From Bryobacteraceae bacterium (GTDB lineage: Bacteria > Acidobacteriota > Terriglobia > Bryobacterales > Bryobacteraceae): a stretch of DNA of 64,000 bases. Where the stretch lies: the NCBI GenBank assembly GCA_036008345.1, contig DASYNU010000192.1, forward strand, positions 5,800 to 69,799, written 5' to 3'. Below are positions 23,726 through 30,895 of the stretch, piece after piece. The translations under genes were made by a program, and so were the position numbers. A model generated the notes under the pieces. The model was not told the DNA's origin. It saw nothing but the letters and a program-made list of their open reading frames with translations, and searched no databases. The first letter of the stretch is position 1; each line of letters opens with the position of its first letter.

Positions 23726-25390
23726 TCAGAATTTAAAAATTACATCCATCGCCAACTGGAACTGGCCCTGCCGCGTCCCATTGTCGTAAGCTCGACGATC
23801 GAAAGCGCGATCAAACCGGATTTCCGGACGCAGCAGAATGGTGCTTCCCACCCAGTGTCCCCACATGAGAGTTTCTTCCGCGTAGCGGTTCTTGAAGCCG
23901 GTGCGCTGGCCCTTCATATCATCCAGGAAGTCAGTGCGAATCGAAATGTAGTTTTTCGCCGAAAGCTCCTTTTCAACGTAGTTGACCGCCGCCCACTCTG
24001 GAGCCAGACAGCGAATCTCTCCGGTGAAACAGTACGCGCCGTTGGTGCCCTTTTCCGGCGCTAGCGGACCAAAAACGCTCGGCACATCGCGCTGATACAT
24101 GTACCAGGCTTCGCTCGCCATATGCCACGACTTATTGTATTTGTGGTACCAGGTGATATCGAACATCTGGAGGTTGTTGTACGCGTATCTACCGCGATTG
24201 ATTCCGTTCGCACACGGATACAGATTATCGTTGCCCTGATGGAATGTGTAGCTGATGCAGGCCGTTGCGGAGGGCTTTGCGTCCTTCGTCCAGGGAGCTA
24301 CATCATGGCTTGCGGTGATTCCTAGCTGCAGCAGTAATTTTTCATTCAGCCGGACGGTACCGAGTATACCGGTGTCGGTAAATGGGTCAACCGCGTATAG
24401 CAGCGAGTGCGTGTAGACGTAGTTATTGGGAGCCAATTGCGCTTCGATACCTGGAATCGATATGAAGCGGCCCACGCGAATGTTGAGTCCCTCGGCGGCT
24501 TGAGGAAAATAAAAATCAATGTATTCGAGCGCCGGATCAAAACCGTATACGCGATGTTCATCCAGCAATTGTTGGCTGAAATAGCCCAGGTTGGTGGTGA
24601 AACGATAGCTGGTTCCGTATAGCGCCGTGAGGTGGAATCCCCAATCGAAGTGATCGGTCTGGACCGAATCGGGAATGCGTTCGACATACAGGACGCCCTG
24701 GTCGAATTCGATCCGATTGGCGAAGATATCGTAGGCAGAAGGATAGTTCGAATCGTGCGACGTGCTGAGGTTGAAGCTGCCTTCCACCCAGCCGTACACT
24801 TTCACCCGGCTCTGCTCCCAGGCATCGCCATTCGATCCGCCGTAGAGAGCTTGCATGAGCGGAGGGACATTGGTATCCGGCGCGCCAATTTCAGGCGATC
24901 CGCCGTAGGACCAATCGGAATTGGGGAAAGGCGGCGAGTCCAGCGGCGAAGGTAACGCCCGGCGTGGAGGCTCGGGGCCACTCGCTGCGGTGCCGTGCCA
25001 ATCCTGGGCGTAGGCCTGCGAGAGTCTTCTGAGAAATCCTTGATGCGGTCCGAGCGTGAGATTCAGTGTGAGGTTCCCGCCGGGCGCGAAATCCGCTTCA
25101 ACTATCGGTGAGTCGGCGAACCCCAGCTTCGTTGCTTTGAACTGGTAGTGGCCCGGCTTGAGGTCAGCGATGCTGAACCGTCCGTCCGCGGCGCTCGCGA
25201 ACGCTAGATCCGTGTGGTCTGTCGAGTTGTGCGCCGACACTTGCGCACCGGCCACTGGGGATCCGCCGGCATCCTGAATCTGGCCGTGTACTTGTGCAGG
25301 GGCGCGAACAGTGAAGCAAAGGATGAATGCAAAAATCGCGCCCGGCCGCGCGCGAGCAGAGCAGAAAGGATTCAATGCCAATTTTCTCAC
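23726..25390 (-). CDS. Outer-membrane beta-barrel (porin-like) protein with N-terminal carboxypeptidase-regulatory-like domain
   Basis: 554 aa. Signal peptide (AIFAFILCFTVRAPAQ). CarboxypepD_reg-like segment (GQIQDAGGSPVAGAQVSAH ... GRFSIADLKPGHYQFKA). Aromatic-rich beta-strand pattern and C-terminal Phe (MDVIFKF). Confidence 0.7.
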   Translation of the reverse strand: MRKLALNPFCSARARPGAIFAFILCFTVRAPAQVHGQIQDAGGSPVAGAQVSAHNSTDHTDLAFASAADGRFSIADLKPGHYQFKATKLGFADSPIVEADFAPGGNLTLNLTLGPHQGFLRRLSQAYAQDWHGTAASGPEPPRRALPSPLDSPPFPNSDWSYGGSPEIGAPDTNVPPLMQALYGGSNGDAWEQSRVKVYGWVEGSFNLSTSHDSNYPSAYDIFANRIEFDQGVLYVERIPDSVQTDHFDWGFHLTALYGTSYRFTTNLGYFSQQLLDEHRVYGFDPALEYIDFYFPQAAEGLNIRVGRFISIPGIEAQLAPNNYVYTHSLLYAVDPFTDTGILGTVRLNEKLLLQLGITASHDVAPWTKDAKPSATACISYTFHQGNDNLYPCANGINRGRYAYNNLQMFDITWYHKYNKSWHMASEAWYMYQRDVPSVFGPLAPEKGTNGAYCFTGEIRCLAPEWAAVNYVEKELSAKNYISIRTDFLDDMKGQRTGFKNRYAEETLMWGHWVGSTILLRPEIRFDRAFDRRAYDNGTRQGQFQLAMDVIFKF

Positions 25391-25422
25391 AGCCCGCCAA
25401 TTCGGAAGTGTTACCGTGAGGA

Positions 25423-27495
25423 ATGCCTCGCATTACCCGGCGCGATTTTGCGAAATTGGCCGCCTCCATGGGCGCTACGGCGGCGTTGGGAGAGCCTGCT
25501 GCAAAACAATCGCGCATCCAATGGCATGAGCGCCCGGCCGCATATCCCGAAGGCGTGGCATCGGCAGATCCGGATAGCGATAGCGTTCTGTTGTGGACCC
25601 GGCATCCGTTCCCTGTGGAGCACGATCAGACTCTGACGGTTGAGGTTTCTGAAGACTCCAGCTTTCAACGCGTGGTGGCGACGGCGCGAGCGGTGGTTTC
25701 CAAAGAATCCGACTGGACCTGTCGCGTATTGGTGGGAGATTTGAAGCCGGCGAGTGTTTATTGGTACCGCTTCACGGATCGCGAAGGCGCAGGCAGCAGA
25801 ATCGGGCGAACCATCACCGCTCCCACGCCCGAGGATCCTAGACCCGTCTGCTTTGCTTTCATCAGTTGCCAAAATGCGAATCAGGGCGCGCAGAATGCTT
25901 ATCGCCGTATGATTTTCGAAGACCAGCGCGCCTCCGAGCAGGATCAGCTTGGGTTCGTTTTGCACCTTGGCGATTTTATTTACGAAATCGTCTGGTATCC
26001 CGAAGATCGCCCACAGGGCATGTACGATCGCCGCATACGTGACATTGTCCGGTATGAGCATGGCGAGAAGATCGACGATTTCCACATTCCTACTACGCTG
26101 GCGGATTATCGCGCGGTCTATCGGGCGTATCTGAAAGATCCCGACTTGCAGGACGCACGCGCACGCTGGCCATTCGTGAATATGTGGGACAACCACGAAT
26201 TCAGTTGGCTCGGATATCAAGGCTTGCAGATATTCAAGGGAGTGACCCGGCCGGCGCAGACTCGAAAAGTTGCGGCCAATCAGGCATTTTTCGAATATCA
26301 ACCCGCCAGGATGTCAAAGCCGAGCGGCCTCGGGATGGATCGCTTCAATCCTCCTAAGGTAGTGGACGCTGCGATTTCTCGTTTCGACCAGAACGGGCTC
26401 GGCCAGGAACCGAACAACCTCGCGGCGATCAACAGCCTGAAGGGATATCGGAAACTTCGCTGGGGACGCCATGTCGACCTGATCATCACCGATCAGCATA
26501 GCTATCGTTCCGAAGACCCCAGTGGAAGACCGGAAGCCAAGGCTTTTTCGACCAAAGATTTTCCTGAATTTGTTCCGGAAGAGGCCATGGAAATCCTGGA
26601 CGCGGGGGCGGCCCACGACCAGGGGCACCCGCCAGCTTCCATTCGCTTCGGCGATGTCGAGGTCCCCAACTTCCGCAAAGATCAGCCCGTGCAAACTGTG
26701 CTGGGTGCCGAACAGAAGGCTTGGTTTCTCGAGCAACTACGGACATCCACCGCGACCTGGAAGATATGGGGAAATACGGCCGGCACTTTGGACATGCGTG
26801 CCGATCCACAAAACCTGCCCGTGGGTTTAACCAAGCCGTGGCCCGGGGCTGGTTATGCAACTTTCGTCATGGGAGATCCCAGCAGCGCTTATATGGAACG
26901 CGCCGAAATCTATGAGGCGGTGCTGCAGCATGGAATCAGCGGATTCGTCACAGTAGCAGGCGATCGGCACAGCTTCTGGGCGGGCTTCGCGGCCAAATCG
27001 CTACCTCCGAAATCGTTTCAGCCGGTTGGAATCGCGTTTATCACCGGTTCAATTTCCGCTCCTGGGCTGGTGGAAGCGTTTGAGCACCGTTTTCCGAAAG
27101 AGCATCCGTTGCGGAGTCTATTCGTTGGCCAGGCTCCCGCAGATAGCGGTCCGCAGCCCACCATAAATCTTCTGTTACGGCATGGTGTGCGAACCTGCCT
27201 GGAATATTCGAAGAGCGGAGATCTCGCTCGGGCACGCGCACTTTCGAATCCGGATTTGGCGCCGCATCTCAAGTTCGTGGATATGGGCGGGCACGGTTAT
27301 TCGGTTGTTCGCGCGACTGGCGAATGGATAGAAACGGAGTTCGTCTGTATTCCGCGGCCGTTGGAGCGCAGCCATCAAGAGGACGGAGGCCCATTGGCGT
27401 ATCGAGTCCGATATCGCGCGAAGCCATGGCGCTTGGGCGAGCAGCCGGAGCTTGTGGGGAAAGTCTTAGAGGGCGATCCGCGTTTTTCGGTGTGA
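25423..27495 (+). CDS. phoD: PhoD-family alkaline phosphatase/phosphodiesterase, Tat-exported
   Basis: 690 aa. Tat signal MPRITRRDFAKLAASMGATAALG. PhoD-like N-terminal domain (GVASADPDSDSVLLWTR) and a metallophosphatase core (FVLHLGDFIYE, MWDNHEF, GDRHSFW). Confidence 0.85.
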   Translation: MPRITRRDFAKLAASMGATAALGEPAAKQSRIQWHERPAAYPEGVASADPDSDSVLLWTRHPFPVEHDQTLTVEVSEDSSFQRVVATARAVVSKESDWTCRVLVGDLKPASVYWYRFTDREGAGSRIGRTITAPTPEDPRPVCFAFISCQNANQGAQNAYRRMIFEDQRASEQDQLGFVLHLGDFIYEIVWYPEDRPQGMYDRRIRDIVRYEHGEKIDDFHIPTTLADYRAVYRAYLKDPDLQDARARWPFVNMWDNHEFSWLGYQGLQIFKGVTRPAQTRKVAANQAFFEYQPARMSKPSGLGMDRFNPPKVVDAAISRFDQNGLGQEPNNLAAINSLKGYRKLRWGRHVDLIITDQHSYRSEDPSGRPEAKAFSTKDFPEFVPEEAMEILDAGAAHDQGHPPASIRFGDVEVPNFRKDQPVQTVLGAEQKAWFLEQLRTSTATWKIWGNTAGTLDMRADPQNLPVGLTKPWPGAGYATFVMGDPSSAYMERAEIYEAVLQHGISGFVTVAGDRHSFWAGFAAKSLPPKSFQPVGIAFITGSISAPGLVEAFEHRFPKEHPLRSLFVGQAPADSGPQPTINLLLRHGVRTCLEYSKSGDLARARALSNPDLAPHLKFVDMGGHGYSVVRATGEWIETEFVCIPRPLERSHQEDGGPLAYRVRYRAKPWRLGEQPELVGKVLEGDPRFSV

Positions 27496-27496
27496 C

Positions 27497-27580
27497 GCTT
27501 TTGCCGGATTGGCCGCGAATGAACGCGAATAAACGCGCATAAGAGTCTTGCGTTCATTTGCGTTTATTCGCGGCAAAAGC
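27497..27580. terminator. Family E hairpin between convergent genes (probable bidirectional terminator/3' stabiliser)
   Basis: gcttttgcc ... gccgcgaatgaacgcgaataaacgc (27512-27536), loop, gcgttcatttgcgtttattcgcggc (27550-27574) aaaagc. Starts 2 nt after the phoD stop. No strong T-run. Confidence 0.5.
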
Positions 27581-27588
27581 CTTTGGCC

Positions 27589-28200
27589 TCAATGCCCCAA
27601 ATGCAGCCAGCGTTTGATATCCGGCGCGAACTCGTGAAGGACGTTGATGCCCGCGTCGACGAGAATCGTGTCCGATCCGGCAATGAATATCGAGGAGCCT
27701 GTGTGATAATGCTGCGGCCACCACATGCGCGATACCGCCGCTGCGCCGTAGTCGCCTAGAAATTCACTGTAGGCGGGCATCATGCCGCCGCTGTCGCTGT
27801 GGCGCCAGATGGTGTGCAGGAACGCATCTCCTACGCGGCCCTGGAGACTTGTCCTCTTTGACCGAAAATAGCGAGTGTCCTCATGGTCAATCGCTTGCAC
27901 CGGAAACATGATGCTTCGCTGGATGAGATAGTAGCCAATGTGCGAGGCGTAGCGTTCCCCAAATGGCCCCCAGCCTTCACCCCACTCGCTGGGGCGATCG
28001 CGCAACTGATCGAACGCCGCACCGATGCCGGCGTAAATCACGTTGTCGACATCGAATAAGTGCCGGCCGTCGTATTCCAGCTTCTCCTTCACACTGAGAG
28101 CGTGCCATTCGGGGGATTGCGGTCCTGTCTTAGGGTCTGATTGCTGGGCCAGCGTGAGAATTGAAGCACTTAGCGCCAATAAGGTGGCTCGAACCATCAT
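27589..28200 (-). CDS. Hypothetical secreted protein
   Basis: 203-aa ORF with a signal peptide (MMVRATLLALSASILTLAQQ). No family recognised by eye. Confidence 0.5.
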   Translation of the reverse strand: MMVRATLLALSASILTLAQQSDPKTGPQSPEWHALSVKEKLEYDGRHLFDVDNVIYAGIGAAFDQLRDRPSEWGEGWGPFGERYASHIGYYLIQRSIMFPVQAIDHEDTRYFRSKRTSLQGRVGDAFLHTIWRHSDSGGMMPAYSEFLGDYGAAAVSRMWWPQHYHTGSSIFIAGSDTILVDAGINVLHEFAPDIKRWLHLGH

Positions 28201-28218
28201 GCATAAAAGGACGTTTCT

Positions 28219-28896
28219 CTAATGATTCGGTTTCAAGATCGAAAACCCTGCGTAGAAGACGTTGTTGTCCACTCCGGGGTTCACCGGGCTGGTGAAGGCG
28301 TTCGAAATATGGAGCAACTTGTAGCCGAGGCTGAGGGCATGGCGCTCGCCTGTTTTTATGCGGACCCCGCCGCCCAGGTCGATTAGAAAATTCAGAGCTG
28401 TCGCACCGGGCACGTTCAGGGGGATGGGCTCGGCGGAAGCAATAATGCCTTCGTTAGTTTGAAGGAACGGATACACCTTGTGACTCCGCCCAAAATCCAT
28501 GGTGAACCCGAGCGGAGTTACCGCGAAACCGTAGACGGCATTGGGCTGAAATAGCACCGCGGCAGGCATGAGCTCGCCCGAATAAGATATCGAAACATTG
28601 GGCCACACCCAGCAGCGGTAGCTGTAGCCGAATCCCGCTATGACGAACCGGCGATCCGTGGTGGTCCCGATCAGGGTGGCTGAGGCCGGCGAGTAACCGG
28701 CGAAGAACTCAAAATCGTGACGCGGCTCGGACGGCGAGGGGTCCAAGGAGCAAAAACCGGCCAAGGCGGGCATCGCCAAGCAGAGTAATAGTAGTAGCCA
28801 CCAGCCGCCCTGCCAGTTGCTTTTAGTACTAAAGAATCGTAACAACCTGGCTGAATTTCCTGTCGTAGAGAGAGATAATTCAAGGGAGGCAGACAT
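28219..28896 (-). CDS. Acyloxyacyl hydrolase / PagL-like outer-membrane lipid A deacylase family protein
   Basis: Small beta-barrel-like sequence with the family HxSN motif (KLLHISNAF). The hydrophobic leader WWLLLLLCLAMPALA is far from any ATG, so the start is uncertain (28896 or an internal non-ATG start). Confidence 0.55.
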   Translation of the reverse strand: MSASLELSLSTTGNSARLLRFFSTKSNWQGGWWLLLLLCLAMPALAGFCSLDPSPSEPRHDFEFFAGYSPASATLIGTTTDRRFVIAGFGYSYRCWVWPNVSISYSGELMPAAVLFQPNAVYGFAVTPLGFTMDFGRSHKVYPFLQTNEGIIASAEPIPLNVPGATALNFLIDLGGGVRIKTGERHALSLGYKLLHISNAFTSPVNPGVDNNVFYAGFSILKPNH

Positions 28897-30028
28897 GCGT
28901 AGACTCGCTGTTGGTATTGTAGGCTTGCTCGGCAGCTTCTGGGCCGTGGGTGGCGTGCCGAACACGGTGACATTTGTCCCGCTGAATCAACCAGCCGCCG
29001 GCGCGGCCCCGGTATCATTCGCAATCGGCGACTTTAACGGCGACGGAAAACTGGATCTCGCGGTGGTGGATCAGCGTTCCGCCACGCTGCGGGTGTTGCT
29101 CGGCACCGGCAACGGCTATTTCGAACCCTGGGTGGATTATGAAGTGGGAATCGGTCCAGTTGCGGTGGTAACCGCCGATTTCAACCGGGATGGAAAGCTG
29201 GATCTGGTGGTAGCTAGCCGGCTCTCAAATACCGTCCAACTCTTCCTTGGGAATGGCAACGGCACTTTTCGGCCTTTCACCACGCTGCCCTCATCCGGAC
29301 CGACAGCGGTGGCGTTTGGGGACTTCAACGCCGACGGAAACCTGGACCTGGCGGTGACGGATTCAAACTCAAATACAGTTTCGGTATTTCTGGGCGTTGG
29401 AGAGGGAGTCTTCCGGCCGGCCTTGAATTTTTACGTTGGGGAGAGCCCCTCTTCTATCGCCGTCGCGGACTTCAATGGCGATGGAAAACTGGACCTGGCC
29501 GTCGCAAACCTGGCTTCAAACAATGTTTCAATCCTGCTCGGAACAGGCACGGGGATATTTGAGCCGATCCTGAATTTTGATGCCGGACTTAATCCTGCCT
29601 GGATTGGATTGGGCGACTTCAATGGCGACGGCAAGGTTGACTTGGCCGTGGTCAACGCAACTGGTTCTAAGACTACCGGCTTTAAGACAACGGTCTCAAT
29701 CTTACTCGGCAACGGGAACGGAACTTTCGAGTCACCGCGAACCTCCGTGGCCGGGACGAAGGCGTCCTTTCTGATATCCGCAGATTTGAATGGCGATGGC
29801 AAACTGGACCTGGCAGTGGCCGACCCTGGCTCTAACAACGTCGAAATATTGTTGGGACTTGGCAACGGATATTTCTTACCGGCTATCGACGTCACCGCAG
29901 GCAACGGACCGGCCTGGATCGGTGCGATCGAGTTTGCTCACACCGCGGTGCCGGATTTGATTGTAGCCAACAGTCTCTCGGACAACCTTTCGGTGCTATC
30001 GAATCTCACTGCCGGCAATCGCAAGTGA
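28895..30028 (+). CDS. FG-GAP/VCBS repeat protein (7-bladed integrin-alpha-like propeller), secreted
   Basis: ATG at 28895 preceded by GGGAGG. Signal peptide MRRLAVGIVGLLGSFWAVG. Seven repeats of [GA]DFNGDGKLDLAV. Confidence 0.85.
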   Translation: MRRLAVGIVGLLGSFWAVGGVPNTVTFVPLNQPAAGAAPVSFAIGDFNGDGKLDLAVVDQRSATLRVLLGTGNGYFEPWVDYEVGIGPVAVVTADFNRDGKLDLVVASRLSNTVQLFLGNGNGTFRPFTTLPSSGPTAVAFGDFNADGNLDLAVTDSNSNTVSVFLGVGEGVFRPALNFYVGESPSSIAVADFNGDGKLDLAVANLASNNVSILLGTGTGIFEPILNFDAGLNPAWIGLGDFNGDGKVDLAVVNATGSKTTGFKTTVSILLGNGNGTFESPRTSVAGTKASFLISADLNGDGKLDLAVADPGSNNVEILLGLGNGYFLPAIDVTAGNGPAWIGAIEFAHTAVPDLIVANSLSDNLSVLSNLTAGNRK

Positions 30029-30160
30029 AGTGGTGCAGGCACTCTTGCCTGCAGCGCCGAGACTCTCCAGAAACCTCGGCGCAAGCCCTTGGAAACACAG
30101 GGGCGGCTGCGCCGAAGTTTCTGCCGCTAGAGACGTTCCCCCCTCGGGACCGTCCGTTGC

Positions 30161-30240
30161 TCATCTCGGCGTCTTGAAGATAGCAGATCCGCCGAGATGA
30201 GTCTCGGCGCAGCAGACACGAGTGTCTGCGCCACATTTTT
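30161..30240 (+). terminator. Compound hairpins ending in a T-run (probable Rho-independent terminator of the FG-GAP gene)
   Basis: Perfect 11-bp stem tcatctcggcg/cgccgagatga (30161-30171 / 30190-30200). Then ggcgcag(cag)aca cgag tgt ctgcgcc (30206-30232), followed by acattttt. Confidence 0.5.
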
Positions 30241-30288
30241 GACCAAGATCCACTACCCCGCGCGGACTTCGATAAAATCGATTGGACG

Positions 30289-30861
30289 ATGGACTCGACT
30301 GCGAACTCCGGCGAAATCACACTCTGGTTGGGACAGTGGTCGCAAGGGGATCCGGCGGCGCTGGATCGTCTGGCTCCACTGGTCTATGACCAGCTACGAG
30401 CCATCGCCGACAATCTGTTGCGCAACGAGGCCCCAGATCACACGCTGCAGCCCACGGCGCTAGTGAGCGAAACATTCCTGAAGCTACTCGATCTCCACAG
30501 GGTGTCTCTGAACGACAGGTCGCATTTTTTTGCATTCGCGGCCCGGCTGATGCGTCGAGTGTTAATCGATCATGCCCGGCGCGAGAAGGCGGCCAAGCGC
30601 TCCTCCGGCCTGCGGCTTCCGCTTGATCCGGAGCTGGGCTGGACCGGGTCCATCAACGAAGTTTCACTCGATTTGAGTAGCGCGCTGGATGAGTTGGAAT
30701 CGCTGGACGCTACCGGCGTCCGTGCCTTGGAGCTGCGCTATTTCCTGGGTTGCACTGGGGAGGAGACCGCAGCGTTGCTGGGGCTTTCAGCCTCCACCGT
30801 GGATCGCAGCTTGCGGTTTTCGCTCGCTTGGCTTAATTCTCGTTTGCATCCTAAACTTTGA
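30289..30861 (+). CDS. ECF-type sigma-70 factor of the kinase-associated class
   Basis: 190 aa. Region 2 (LVYDQLRAIADNLLRNE ... TALVSETFLKL) and region 4 (LELRYFLGCTGEETAALLGLSASTVDRSLRFSLAWL). No anti-sigma gene adjacent; a Ser/Thr kinase gene follows 35 nt downstream. Confidence 0.85.
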   Translation: MDSTANSGEITLWLGQWSQGDPAALDRLAPLVYDQLRAIADNLLRNEAPDHTLQPTALVSETFLKLLDLHRVSLNDRSHFFAFAARLMRRVLIDHARREKAAKRSSGLRLPLDPELGWTGSINEVSLDLSSALDELESLDATGVRALELRYFLGCTGEETAALLGLSASTVDRSLRFSLAWLNSRLHPKL

Positions 30862-30895
30862 GGAACTTTCTCCGGGAATTACGCCATACCTAAAT

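Noticed and set aside
25411-26301. 296-aa minus-strand ORF opposite phoD, and 54354..55271 plus-strand opposite telA
   Set aside because: They are antisense shadows of genes with clear family motifs and have no domains of their own.
30090-30130. Possible ECF-type promoter (GGAAAC ... CGAAG) upstream of the sigma gene
   Set aside because: The spacing and the -10 element could not be matched confidently to any defined ECF consensus by eye, so it is not reported as a feature.
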